Notes: generated from the letters alone by a model not told the origin. Positions 48,125 through 62,616 are shown, counted from the stretch's first letter. The stretch is 64,000 nucleotides of DNA from Mytilus californianus (GCF_021869535.1 NW_026262685.1:1488001-1552000); one strand, 5' to 3'. Made by a program: numbers and translations.

Positions 48125-48393
48125 TAGATTTAAGAAGATGTGGTATGAGTGCCAATGAGACAACTCTCCATCCAAGTCACAATTTGTAAAAGTAAACCAT
48201 TATAGGTCAAAGGACGGCCTTCAACACAGAGCCTTGGCTCACACCGAACAGCAAGCTAGAAAGGGCCCCAAAAATGACTAGTGTAAATCCATTCAAACAG
48301 GAAAACCAACGATCTAATCTATATAAAAAATGAGAAACAAGAAACCCTTATGAACCACATCAACAAACGACAACCACTGAACATCAGGTTCTA
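48125..48393. mobile_element. Longest family A copy in the window
   Basis: TAAGAAGATGTGGTATGAGTGCCAATGAGACAACTCTCCATCCAAG...GGCCTTCAACAC...CAACCACTGAACATCAGGTTC. Confidence 0.8.
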
Positions 48394-49725
48394 AAACTAA
48401 ATAAGCATATGTCCATATATATAATAACAAATATACCTTGTCAGTTATTTAACCAGGTTTGTAGTTTGATATGTATTAATTATTGATTGTGAAACATGTC
48501 AGATCTGATTGGATGCTGCCACAGAATCCATTAAAACATGGTTTCTTGGGACACAATAACCTCAGCTACACTGCCTGAAAGGACTACCAAGGGGTCACTA
48601 TCCTTTGTGATAAAAGATGCCATTTTATGTGAAGCATTGGATTTTTCATTAGAAGTTGCAGGGTGGTTGTATAATAAATTAGTTCTCTTGTAATTGTATA
48701 ATGCAAAAGGAATTAAATTACATTCAAAGTAGACATTATCAAAGGTCAAATTAACATGGAAATCTACTAAGTTAGAAAGAATTGGAACAAAATTTGTAAC
48801 AAACAAGTCATTTGCTTTAAATGAACAAATGTTCCTAAATTTAGAGACCCATCTGATAGCTTAGAATGGAGAGATTTATCTTAACTAATGTGAAAGATGC
48901 ACACCCATTCTTTTGGTTATAACCAGATAATTTTGTACCCCATCAGTAACATAACAATTTAATAAAACACAATAAAAGGATTGCTTAAGGTATAAATTGA
49001 CAAATAATAAATAACTTTTTTACACAGCAAGATCACTTTGCCACAATCCATAAAATAGATGAAATGCACAAATGTTGGAATATAATTTGAATAAAATTTC
49101 TCTAAATCTGTCAGACCTTTCAAAGGCTAATTATAAGGCTGTGAAAGAAAATTGCTCTGTACAACCCTTGACTTAATTAGATGCAAGAGTCCTTAACGCT
49201 TGAGGCAGTTAGCGGTCAGTTATTTAGTTGGACAATACACCTTCCATTATCAAGATGTCATTAAAAACCAGATCAACTATCTTGTCATGGTGAAAAAGTT
49301 ACCATTTATATAAAATTTAGGCCTGCAGGCGCAGAAATGTAGAAAAGACACACGATTGAATAGAGCCCACACTGACAAGTGTAAGGAAAAGGTTATTATA
49401 ACATGCTATTTAGTGACAAAAGTTAATTATGTATGGTGAGAAAAGGAATCATTATTGCTCTTAAAAGTCAGATAAAAGATATGGTGTATAGATAAGGCTC
49501 TGGCAGTAAAGTGGACCTCAGCTTTCATAGTTATCTCCCCTTAAAAAACAACAAGACAAACAAAATATGCTGTGAATTTCTTTCCACAGACAAAATTAAG
49601 GTGCATGAGGCATGTAACAAGTAGGAGACTCGTAATTACCAAGCAGTAGGTTATCATATTGCAAAATCTTAATATCATGAAAGATTTATACCAAATATAA
49701 AACCTGTTCTAATGGTATATAGATT

Positions 49726-49790
49726 GATTGATTGTTAGTGTTTAATGCAAATTTCATCACTATTAGCCTTATCATGGCGGTCAGTTTTTG
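49726..49790 (-). mobile_element. 3' tail fragment of the SINE family
   Basis: GATTGATTGATTGTTAGTGTTTAATGC..TTTCA.CACTATT.GC...TCATGGCGGTCAGTTTTT. Confidence 0.6.
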
Positions 49791-51616
49791 TTGAAAACAT
49801 ATGCATAAACCTGTTATATTTGTTTCTAGACATTAAAATAGTTACACATCTTAAAATCAATTTATCAGAATTTTAATAAACAAATGCAACAAAAAAATCA
49901 TGAATATCCAGTAAAATGATACAAACACAGTAAAAGATAGAGCAACCAACAAAACCTGGTTCTTTCAGATTTTCAACATTAAAGTTTAAAATCAATATTA
50001 TAAACATTTGTACATGATTCTGAAAGTAATTTCTTTCTTTTTACATCAATATAAAGCAATTCATTTATTTTATAAGTATTTCCTTTTTATGGTTTGTCAA
50101 TACAGTTGATTCACACTTTTATATTACAATCAATTTTTTATAATTTTTATTCAATCACTATTCTTAAAATAATCACAATTTATACTTTGATCAGTAAAAA
50201 AATGAAAGAAAACATCGAAATTAAAAGAAAGATCCTAGCATACCATTTACTTCCGTTTGTTTAAAATTAAAATTGTATACAACTATGAATGTTACGGACC
50301 ATTTATGGCGATCAAAGTCTAACTCCGTCTGAACTGAGGGAGTTTGATCTGTTTTATTGGTTTGTATTTGTGATGACAAATTGAAAGAAAATTTTTATTT
50401 TCAAAAGTTACTCCTTTGGCAATTTTCAACAAATGGCTGATTTAAATCTTCAGAAAATACTTAAAAATATCATCTGGAATCATCATTTTTTTTACTATGA
50501 TTTACTTTGATCTATACTTTTCTCGGGTATATAATCATATCATGTCACCAAATTAAGAGAAATATACAAAAAAATGCCAGAGCAATTAAAAGACATTGAT
50601 TATAAAACAAAGAAAAATGTCTTTTGTAGTTGAAAGTGAAAGCTTTTCTCACCCTAATAAGGAATGTCCTTAATTAAGTTACCTGAAAGTCAATTGATAA
50701 TCTCGTTATCTCACCTGAGGTAATCATTAGATCCCATTAACACCTGTATGATAACTGGATTATCAGGTAAGTGTTAATGGAGTTCAAAGGTGATTCATCA
50801 TAACACATTATTGTTTATTTGTCTTTCATCTTTGTCAAAACACAGACAATTGACTACTTTTTCCCTTCTGTCCCTTTCCTTTTTGGGGAGGAGAAAAGAC
50901 AATACAATATATTTTCTTTCTATCACATATAATCTGACAAATTCTCTGGTGGATTATAAAAATAAAAACTAACAGACAATACTCTGATAAATTTTGGGTA
51001 ACCCTTAAAATATACATTAACACCTTTCATTTGTCTGTATAAAAAAGGATCAACATTGTTTTTAAAGGAATTTATTAAGTATGCCCCAAAATATGACAAG
51101 AAAAAAAGCTTAAATTCACACATTAAACCAGAAGTGTGAGAATACATTAAAAATGAGCAATACGCATAATTTTATTGATAAAAGTTATTTCATGTGATTA
51201 ACTAAGCTAATCTTTCCTGGATTTTCAACTATAATCTATTCTTTGTATACATTTTGAAAATCAAATGTCTTCAGGTCAACCAGATACATGTAATTCAAAA
51301 GATTGGCACCTCCAATTAATGGTCATATAATCTATTGAAATATCATACAGAACTCTTTAATATTATGCTCAAACTACCTTTTTACCTACAGACATATTTC
51401 TTTTCTTCTTTTTTTAAAATAATTTTCAGAACTTTTATCATGGATATTGTTTAAAAGATTTGAAAAGAAAAATATCTTTTAAAATGAAGATTTCATGAGC
51501 AATGAAAGCCAAAAATTTATATCACAATAATGAAAAAGAAGTGAGAGAATATGGATGTTGTCAGTATTGTTGATACTTCTTTGTTTTTTATAGTATTTTA
51601 AATTATGATGCTATAA

Positions 51617-52326
51617 AACAAGAAATCTAATTAATCGCAGCAACCAAAAATAAAAAAAAATCGTAAGGGTTCCGTGGAACCCAGTGTCTCGCCTAATTTT
51701 GCTGCTAGTCACAGGCTCAACAAAAATGGGGAAAAAATTATTAAAACTTTTCCTATTGATACTATCTTTTGATTGTAAGAAGCTTCTGTCCAAGTTTGGT
51801 AAAAATCCAGAATGGTTTATGAATCTAATAAATGTTTTAAAAGCTTTAACTACAGACTGTATGTAATGTTAACTGGATGAAAAACTAAGTCCATTTATAA
51901 GTTATGTACGGAAAAACAGGAAATAAATTTTTACAAAATTTCGTTCTAGATACTAGCTTTTGATCATAAACAAACTTCTGTCCAAGTTTGGTACAAATCC
52001 AGGATAGTTTAAGAAAGTTATTAAAACTATTAAAACTTTAACCACAGAGTGAATGTAATGTTAACTGGCAGAAAAACTAAGTCCATTTATAAGTAAAATA
52101 TGGATAAATAGGATTTTTTTTTTTACAAAATTAAACTTCTGGATACTATCTTATGATCATAAACAAGCTTCTGTCCAAGTTTGGTAGAAATCCAGGATAG
52201 TTTAAGAAAGTTATTAAAACTTCAAAAACTTCAACCACATAGTGAATATTTGTGGACGCTGCCGATGAAGGAATGTAGGATTGCTATGTCTTGCTTTTGC
52301 GACAAAAGTCGCAGGCTCGACAAAAA
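51617..52326 (-). mobile_element. HINE-like element with three ~191-bp cores
   Basis: Palindrome GGGTTCC-GT-GGAACCC (51667-51682), subterminal GTCTCGCCT (51686-51694), cores starting GATACTA at 51759, 51950 and 52142, end hairpin GCGACAAAAGTCGC + AGGCTCGACAAAAA. Confidence 0.85.
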
Positions 52327-53122
52327 TGAGCGAGTGCTCAGATATAATTTTAATTAGATTGTAAAATAAGAAAATCTAAATAATTTCTTCAAACGGTATA
52401 AAAGGTATATATTATACATGTACTTAATTTTTTTATAATTATTGTAATATTTTAGAAAATATGATTTTGATTAGTACTTATTATAAACAATTTCATTGAA
52501 ATCATGAGGGCTAATTAATATCATAAGATTTTGTCTAGGTGCCAATCTCTTGTATTATATATATTCTTTTTTGTAAATGACAGATTTCCCATACTAGCAA
52601 ATGGATGATTGTAGACATTTTTGTATCCGCATAGGAAGATTATCTGAACAAGAGAAAATTCACATAAAATATTGAAGTAAAACTTACCATATTTCTAAAT
52701 AATAGAGTATAAATTATGCTACTCCATCGTTTTGTTTTACCCTTTCAACATTCTTTCAAAAATTGAAAAATTTGAACTTCGTGTGACTAAGAATTAGACA
52801 TTATGAGAAATAAACACTGCTTTATTCAAATTAATGAATGAATTATATTGTTGACTAGTCAAACCATCTAGTATTTTCCAATATGAAAGAAATTCTTCAA
52901 ATAAGCCCATAAACACACCCTTTGTAAAACAAACTAAAATATTTACAGTTTACATAACAATTCCATTCCACAAATACATATGGCTTCTTTTCTGAATTTA
53001 TTTGAAATCAGTTTTCTTTTTGTGATGTAACTAAAACCCCGACTTTAAAGAGATCTGACATAGTGACGATATTAACACTAATATAATAATGTATTTAGTA
53101 AATATTAAACATTAAACTTTAC

Positions 53123-53191
53123 CTTTAAATACTAACAACTGAATCACAAATGGCTGCTGTGTTCTGGTCCGTTTCTCCAGGATTCAGAGAC
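53123..53191 (-). other. Candidate non-coding internal exon (69 nt)
   Basis: Acceptor atctttgtctttttcag, donor AAG|gtaaag; stops in all three frames. Confidence 0.45.
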
Positions 53192-56100
53192 CTGAAAAAG
53201 ACAAAGATATTTTGGGATCACACTTTAAACTCTGCAATCATGCTTAAAGAATGAATCTTCTATAAGGTTTGCCTTCTGTACCAAAAATCTGTCTTACAAA
53301 GGGGTGGAATGTCATGTCTAAATGTTAAATACCGGTATAGATGCTTATTGTGAAGGTTTGGCCACTGGTGAAATATCTTTTAGACTATCATATTCATTTA
53401 CCGTCCAAATATAAGCAAACTACAAGTATGCAAGGATTTACATAAAGCAATGTCAAAACCCTTGTCCAAGGGTTAATTAATTCCCCTGTAAGTCAACAAG
53501 AAAAGATTGCCCTGAGGTTACTGTAGTTTGTAACATTCTAGTTAGTTACACTGGCTTTCCAGTAAGCTGTTAGTGCTGAATTTTGAAAACTATACAATTA
53601 CTCTGATTCATCAATGCCAATTTAAGTTTGTGTTTTAAGGTTTACATAAAGGTAAACCGCTTATGGGTTTTAAATTGATGCCCTTTCCTCGAAAAACAAT
53701 ACTTTACTAATATTTTGTTCATGCCGATATTATAACTGTATTATCAGACAGTTGAGTTCCTTCAATAACGAATAGCCTTTGCTTTACACAATCATTTACT
53801 TATTGCTGCTTTGTTTTACCCTTTTAGTTTATTACTTGAATGGAAATATCTCTGTTAAACAGACTTTTTAAGACTTCAATCCTCTTTTATCCTTTATTTT
53901 AGGGACCATACATTTTGAACTTGGGGAGTTAAAGTCATCTTGTTAAAAATCTAAGTCAATTAATATTCAAATCACAGCATATTGGTATATCTATTTACAG
54001 CTAAAAGTTAACATTATAAAATCACATAGGACACATATGTAGTCATCACTGGTCAGTTTTGGCTTGATACCTGTAGCACAAAACAAAGAATGAACAGATT
54101 TGACTAGCATAATCTCTCCTAACTTGTACTTATTTCAAATCTAAATTAAATATTACAATTCTCAATGCCCGACTGAGGTGCCTGCCCATCAATATATCTT
54201 ATTTTGATGAAATCAACAGAATGTTGTTGAAGAATCCTCTTCACAAAGACAAAAAATGCAAGATGAGTTGAGTAAAACTGATTATTATAGTAAGCATTGA
54301 ATGATTCTGAATCATTTGTCATTCCTTTAATGTATGATGGTTGCTCAGCCCATAGTATTGGTTACAGGTGAAAAGAGGAAATGTCTGGTCAATTCAGTAC
54401 AGGTGAATTAAAATCGAAAGCCAAGTTTCCATCATATTTGGAGCTCAAATGTCCTTTTGTGTTACAGGTAAAAAAGGGGCACACATCCTGTCTCCTATTC
54501 ACTTATATTTTCCAGTGTCAGTCAAAGTACCTGCTTTTCTTACTTTACTGATTATATAAACTGATCTATTGGTTATTGATTTTGTCTGAAATATGCATGA
54601 AATTCCACCACTGTATGTTAGGCAAACATAAATCAATCAATCAAATTTACAGTATGCAAGATCTATGACTAACAGACTCAGTGATAAATTTTTAAAAAAA
54701 TTCTCAAATTTTAATTGAATTAAAAAAATTCTCTCACATAATTTATCAAATCGTTTCAATTAAGTTTCATTTAATATAACATATTTTATTTAAAAAAAAT
54801 TCCCTCTTTTTTTAAAAGAGTGATCAAAGCAGTTTTCTCTTATAGTCAATTAGAATCAATTTAATTTATCTTCTGTAAATATTGCCAAGTTTCATATAAA
54901 TCAATTTAATAAGATAGAAATGTTATATATTCCTTCTACAAGTTATCCCATCAAATTCTAAATACAAATACAATTTAAACACTTTCTGAAGACAGATCAA
55001 AAAGAAATTTCTGTTGTACAACTTTTCCTTAAATGAAAATGTTACATGCAAATTTATCAAAATATGTAACCAAAATACTGATGCAAGTTTGATAACCAAT
55101 TTTGAATATTTAACAATATAGCAGAATTAGAAATGTCATTCCGAGTCAAACAAACATTTGTGACTTGTGGAATACTAAGGAGCCTTTTATATGATATAAT
55201 CATAGATTTAACACATTTTAGTTCTAATTAAACTAAGGATGTACAATGATTTATATTAAATTGGAAAGGAATTTCTAATTTAAAATCATGTCACTGCGCA
55301 CCAACTTGTTAAAATCTACTCTACATATTTTATCATCTTTTATTCATTTCATCATCACTATGGTGAAATAAGAATCGGATTTTCCTGACAAATATTTTGT
55401 ATATTAGTGAAGGCGATATTCATCGTTATGACAGAACCTTTTTAGAAAGTGCTCAACTGAGCATAAATTTATTTTAAACCCATCAATTAATAAGAAATAA
55501 TTTCCGTCCACTTATGGCAAAATAATATAGATGAAAAGGCGAGACTTTATGCCCTTAAGTTGAGTCAAATGGAGATAAATTTCCCAGCTGTCAGAAGGAT
55601 TGTTGTCGTTTAAGGATGATTAAGTCTGTAACAGTATCGTTTGTTACAATACAATATTTATGAATCGTGACGGGAACTTCAAAATTGAGGCCTGTCAGGA
55701 AAATGTGCAATTTATATGGAACTTTGACCAAGGTATTGTCCTGTGAACTGTCTAGAGACAAGACTGACCAACACTGCAACAAGTTCAATATGCCAAATAT
55801 AACAATAAAAAAAAACATTTCTGCACATGATTTGCATAAAATACAATTATTGAAAAAGCAAGTGAACTGTTACTAATGAAAATGTGAATTTAATGACTTG
55901 GTTTTCAATCAGAAAAATTTGTTTTATTGCTCAGGTGTTCTATGAAAATACCTTCAAAGAGAATTACACTCTACATAATTAAAAGCGAACACAAGGCAAC
56001 AATCAACAAATATGAGAGTGCAAAACAGACTTGAAGCATCACAAGTTATATATCAATTTACATAAGGTATATCATTCCTGTAAAGGTTACAATATCAATA

Positions 56101-57189
56101 CACCTAAACAAGTTTTACTTGGTATCCCCAGGAAAATTGAGACATTGAATTGATGCAAAAGATTAATATTTGGTCCCTGGATGTCCAGCATCAAATATTT
56201 CTTAAATAACTTGTATTATAAAATAAAGTGTCTTCAGTACAAAGTAGAACTAATTTTGTTGTAATGGTAACTTAAATTATCTAAAGAACTAACCTTAAGA
56301 AATGTTCATTTAAGTCTCTCTGCGTTAATGTAATTGCTTCTGAATTATCATTTATTTTGTTTATTGTTGCATAATGATTATTTCAAGTTTAAAAAAAATA
56401 ATATCCTAGTTATAACAAGTAATTTGTTTAAAATTCAAATATTTTACTCACCACATTAGGCGACCTAACAAAGTGTGAAATAAAATCAATGCTTATGTGC
56501 ATATTTCTGATCTTTATAAAACTTTTAATTCTGCTATATGCAACAATCAATTGAAATATCAATCAAAGATTTAAAATACACTCATATAATCGTTATCTAA
56601 ATCCTAGGTTCACCAAATAAAACAAAGTAAAAAGAAGTGCCAGCACCCGACAGATTACGGATAATCCCTATATAGACAATGTTATAGGATTGATCAAAGA
56701 TTAAAAGGATTTATTTCCAATCTTTTAAATTATGAAGTTTCAAATTTAAACTTTTAGTCTTAAAGAAGATTAAAAATTTTACTTTGTAATGGTTAAGGCA
56801 GTTTTAGATTTACCGAATGCTCTGATTTGTAATCCATTTGCGGCAAAATTATTTTTTAAAAGTTTGTTTAATAGATTTTATTTCCAAAGAACAAGGACAA
56901 TGTTAGTCATTTGTTCCTTCAGGATAGCTGTGCTGATCTCTAATTAATTTGTTCAAAGAAATGATTTTCAAAGTTTATTCTCAAGTCAATAAGCTAACGG
57001 AAATCCTATTGGGAGCCATAGTAAATCAAAAATTATAAAACAATACAAAGTTATTGTCCTACCACAATATGCCATTGAAAGGTGACAAGGGTCAGTAATC
57101 TTGTAATCAACAGACCTTCTTTGGAAACATATATTTGGTCAAAATCAAATCAAATGTAGTACATTTCACCTACTCGATAAATTATTACA

Positions 57190-57295
57190 TGAGAAGATGT
57201 GGTATGATTGCCAATGAGACAACTCTCCACCAGAGACCAAATGACATAGAAGTTAACAACTATAGGTCACTATACGAACTTCAACCATGAGCAAT
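57190..57295. mobile_element. Family A copy
   Basis: GAGAAGATGTGGTATGATTGCCAATGAGACAACTCTCCACCAGAGACCAAATGACATAGAAGTTAACAACTATAGGTCAC. Confidence 0.85.
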
Positions 57296-57803
57296 ACCAC
57301 TAAACAATTCACATTCCTTCACCATATACTTATACAATAAGTTTATAAAAATATCAAAATATCTTCAAAGTTCTTACTAGTCTACAACAATGAGCAAACT
57401 AGCTGTATTGTGAATCAAAGTTAAAATCCTTCTACAGCCATGCAGCAATGATCCTTTTTTTCATATTTTGTGTGAAGAATTTCTATGCAGATATTATGGA
57501 CAGTATACTAAAAGCAGATTAAATTTTCAAGAATGCATAAAAAATAATAACAGAGACAAAGTTTTGGTTAATGATTGGGGGTTAGAATTGGAAAGGGGAT
57601 AATGGGATCAAATTCTCAACCATTTTTCAAAACGTCGATTTTTATTCAAATTTTTTTTGAAGATTTTTTAAATACATATCATTAAATAGGATCTGTAAAA
57701 TATCAGTATGAGAGGACAAACAATTCATTTAATGCTTGAGTTTAAAAAAAAACTATGAGAAATATATTCTTTTTTCTAGCTAAGCTTGACTTTTTTTTTG
57801 CTA

Positions 57804-58009
57804 CTGTAAATTCAGAAATTATTGCGATGTTTTTATTATTGCGAAAAATGCGACAGGGTTATAATCGCAATAATTTAAACTCGCATTTTGAAATTTTTTA
57901 TATGAATTAAACAGGATTTTTCTCAATATCGCAAAAATTAAAATCGCATTTTAGTCTAAAATGACAAAATCGCAATAATAAATGCACGCAATAATTTTTG
58001 AATTTACAG
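57804..58009. mobile_element. 206-bp MITE with TA target duplication (Tc1/mariner-type)
   Basis: TIR CTGTAAATTCAGAAATTATTGCG / CGCAATAATTTTTGAATTTACAG (1 mismatch); TA at 57802-57803 and 58010-58011; internal TCGCA/TGCG repeats. Confidence 0.85.
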
Positions 58010-60844
58010 TATTCTTATTACATTTTTAGTGTTATTTTACAATGATTTAAGATATATGATTTGTTCTACTTTATAGGCTTTTTATATACATTGTTTTTTG
58101 TTGTCAATAAACTAATCCAGTATTTGACTGTAACTCTGAAATATTTATCTCAAAGCTAACTTATAAATCTGGCAAATTCTACATGCAAATTTTCTAAATC
58201 GCAAAAAAAAAAATCTTTTTCCAAATCACTTAATTCAGCATCAACTAATATACATTGTAAACTTCTTACAACTTTGTTGACAGAAGCAGTGTTTACAAAC
58301 AAAACAATTCGTAAAATAAATGAAAATTGTGTCTTACCTTTTCTCTCCCCAGCAACTATGCATGACATGTTTTTCGTAAACATTTTAAATAACTTTTAAA
58401 ATTTAAATACATTTTATGCCATTTATCTGATTAACTTTCAATTTAGTTTTAACCTAAAATATAACACACCCATTACAGAATGATGATTTCAAGCTGATAA
58501 TATAAAAACTGATTTTTAAAACATAAAAACTATCAATAGAATGAAAAATAAAATATTACACATTTTTCTAGGACCAATAGAAATGTCTATAATAGATTTA
58601 TGTATAAGCTCTAAATATTTTCAAATTTAAAACACTTCTCAGTCTACATTTATCATTTCAATATATTTAACAGTATAATTGACTTGTCCTTTCACATGAA
58701 TATTGCCAACATACCTGATCAGATGATTATAGGAATAAAAACTATAGTCTGGGTAAAAAAAAAATTAAAAATTAATCAATTAAATCCGTGTAAATCTTCT
58801 TGTGCACATCTAGGTATACATTTGTCAAATGAAGAGAGAGGACAGAGGATATCGATGATTTTCAATGTACCCATGCATGAACACATTTTGTTTAATTTCT
58901 GAAATCAGAATTTAAATCACTGAAATGGAACCAACCAAAATATCTATCTATATGGGAAATTAGCTGTGGTCAGTTTGAAAGGGTGAATGGCAAATTTTCA
59001 AATTACCTGAAGGGCCAAAATAACCACCAATTGTTGGTACAGTATTTTCTTAATATAATTGAAAACCATTGTTCTTTAGGATGAATCTCTGACAGCCTTT
59101 GTTTACACAGAAAGTTTTATTGGTGAATCATTTTGACCAGTACACGTAAATTGAAAACAAACCCCATTTTAACCATGAGGTATATTATTTAGTTTGGGTG
59201 TAAAAATAATATCAGGTGATTTTATAAATAGATGTAATTATAGTTATTGATGACATTTTGGACTATCTTTACTGGACAAATGACCAGTACTGTAAATTCT
59301 ATTGTACAACAATATGACACCATTTAACATCTGAAATGAGTTCTCTTTCATGAAGGTGTCAACAAGCCTTCTAACATTGACAAAATTCTAAACCCCAAAT
59401 AAGTGAGAATAGAAGTTTTTCATACTATGTTTATTTACAAGCAGACTTTTTACATTGCAGTCAGTAGATAGTGTCTAGAATTGAAAGTCAGCAAAAAAGA
59501 AAATAAACAGAAGTCAAGAGGGAATTTAAGTATCAGATTCAATCCATTAATGTGACACAAAGAAGATGGTTTTGTTTTTATTGTTTTGACTATGCTTTAT
59601 GTTTTTCCAAAGTTTGATCATAATACTGTCTACATGTGAATCACTGATATCTCCCACATCACAAAGCTAACATTCAACATCTAAAAACAGACCAATAGAG
59701 TTGAGAGATAACTACCTACAAAAGGAGTCAGTGGGTACAGCTTGAAAGCATCAATGTTATTTTGCAAATCTGATCATACAAATGTGCAGAAAATGCTGTA
59801 GAGTGGGTGGCAAATATTCGCCTTGGACACATTTTCGCCGTTTTGCTATTTTTTCTGTAAAATGTGTGTCCCTTTACCCAATACTTGCCTAAATAGATGG
59901 TAAAGGCTGTTTGTAATGTTACAACTGTTAATATTCCTCTTTACCCCATTTCCAAGGTTATTTGCACATATTGAGATATACGCAGGTGTTTTTAAATGAT
60001 TTTGGCAATTATGTAAGATTTATATGGCAATCATGCGCAGTCTTAAAGTAAGTATTTGTGAGAAAAAATTGTATAGGAATGATCTCTCAAGCTAATTCAT
60101 GTAATTGCAAACATTCGTTTTTATAATATACCAGGATAATAAGGATGGTCATATCATACATTGCGGCGAAAATGTCTCCCCCATGGTACACGAACAACTT
60201 GATTTCCTCTTGAGTTTGCGTTCGTATTTAGAACAATTAACCAATGTTTTGAAGATAATTTCTTTATCAAACATTTTTTTCATATAGTTAAATTTCTGAA
60301 ACCTTCATAAAAAGATCCAAATATTCGAATGTAGGTCGGATGTAAGTGGAAATGAACGAATTATGCGGCGAATATGGGTCTCTCACTCTACTGCAGTGAA
60401 TGATTTTGTTTGTGTTAAGTAACATTGTTTGACTCTTTTGACAATTGTAAATTTCTATACAAAACCTGTCAGTTGCACAAAATTTGAGAAGAAATTTTGT
60501 TATTGTTTTAGTTTTTACAGTCTTTCCTTTTTTTGTTTTTTTTTAGGCTTTTTATAACATAGACAGAAGATTAAAGAAAGTTAACTGACAAGAAGTTAAA
60601 GTCAGATCCTCCTGTTGTATGTGTGACAACATCTGATCCAAAGCAATAATAATGTAGGATACTACATGTCTACAATTAACTCAATCAGGTATCCAAAAAA
60701 AAAAAGAGTCAAATACTAGTACATGAAACATTTCAGACCACCAAAACCATAAAGAACCTGTACAGAATAACCAAAAACTGTCCAATGTTGACAGTCATGG
60801 TGAGAATAAAAGAACCCTAAGCAATATAGATTTATGATACTTAC

Positions 60845-60925
60845 TTCAGAGTACAAGACACTTCTAGAGTACCTCCTCAGGCCTTGTAGTCATTAACATT
60901 TGTGTAGGACTATCATACTCAGACT
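60845..60925 (-). other. Candidate exon (81 nt), non-coding or carrying a short C-terminus (SEYDSPTQMLMTTRPEEVL*)
   Basis: Acceptor tgattggttgatttcag, donor GAA|gtaagt; stops in all frames. Confidence 0.45.
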
Positions 60926-62616
60926 CTGAAATCAACCAATCAAAATACTGGATTTTGCATTTCGAGCACAAATATTGTACACAGAGTACCAAGTTGTATG
61001 ACCTAAGGCCCAAGTTCGCTCAAAACATAAAGTTTATAAAGTCAAATACATTTATTATTTCAGAGTACAAAAACCAACAAAGAACGAAACAGAAAAGTCA
61101 AAAGTCACAGGTCAACTTTTTTGAAGGAGATGGAACCTTAGCTGTACTACAGTTACAACATTCATGAACAAATATTTTACAATGTACATGTACCACATAA
61201 ACCATGCCAGTACCCTGAGGAACCAGAGAAATTAACACTTACACCAACTGAAAGGTTTTATCAAGGTATAAGTTATATACAAACTACATTTGAATCATTG
61301 GTTATCTATGGACAATAACACTGATATCATTACTAATGGCCTATATGTACCTCTGTGACCAGAATTTCAAATAATGTATATCTCAACTATTTATTTTACA
61401 TTTATACATACAATGTCAACATAGGAAAGTCCTCCGATATTATAACCTAAATGAATTTTAAGTCCCCCTTATCACAAAGAAAACTGAATTTTCTTACATT
61501 TAACTGAATTTTCTTACATTTATATTCAATCTTAAATTATCAACCCTAAGATAATACTTAAATCATAATGATAAATTGTCATTTGATGAGGTTGATTTTT
61601 ACAGTAGAAAGATTTGCTTTCTATTCAAATAAAAATAGAATCTTTCTTTAGATGTTATTATAGATTTTCTATTCTTTCTTTAATTATAATACAGACTTAA
61701 CATCTTGATGTCATGATATAACAAGATACCCATCTGTAGGTAAAAAACTTTTCATTCTTTAAATTTCAATAACTACTGGATTATCGTGTCTATGCTGGCA
61801 CGTTAAAAACATATTTGATACCCACATTAAATTGTGTTACTTAGACGATAATTGTTTTTTCTTTCTTCTGTTTCATGCAGGTCATCCTGGATGTGATAAT
61901 TTTAATGACACTATTCATGCAATCCCAGGTTTGTTTGCAGATAAACAGGATATTTAAAAATATTTTTGACAATAAAAGGCTTCAATCCTGTAACGTATCG
62001 TCCAAAACAAATGTTACCCGAGTAAACTAGATAAAAAATCTACTATGTTTTTTAATTATGACAGCATCCTATATGCAAATGTATGACCAAGTCACTGATG
62101 TATCTGAACACATGATTCACCAGATTAACCAATCAGGAAGTATCATAGTCTATAAATAGACTTAAGTAATTATCACAAACAATCTAGGAATAATTTATGA
62201 TGCTTGTTCAATGACATGACTGAGTAAAAACTGGCAGGAAAGTAACTGATGGAAGATCAAAACATAATAGTTGGAGTAGAAACAAGATTACTAAGATATC
62301 ATAAAGATCTAGAATTAGAATTAACAGAAAGGATATGAGAATTGGAAACACCATGCAATATGTGTATTACATGACAATGGAACAGAGTAGGAGAATCAGA
62401 AACTACAGCAAGTCAACTACTTAATAATATACCATGCTATGATACACTCGCATAATGCCTTACAGCACTGCATTTAACAAGAAATGATTGTAACAGGATG
62501 CTGTTACGAAGTCTCCCAAACGAAGCTCCCATAATTCGTAATTCCCAGGGTCGCCTAACATTGGGCAACGTCCAGTGAAAATTGGTTTGGTACAGTAAAG
62601 TTATATGCATTAGTGA

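Noticed and set aside
52688-52786. Possible - strand exon ending ATG|gtaagt, and a nearby acceptor at 52644
   Set aside because: The acceptor is ambiguous and the implied 44-nt intron is implausibly short; unsupported without RNA data.
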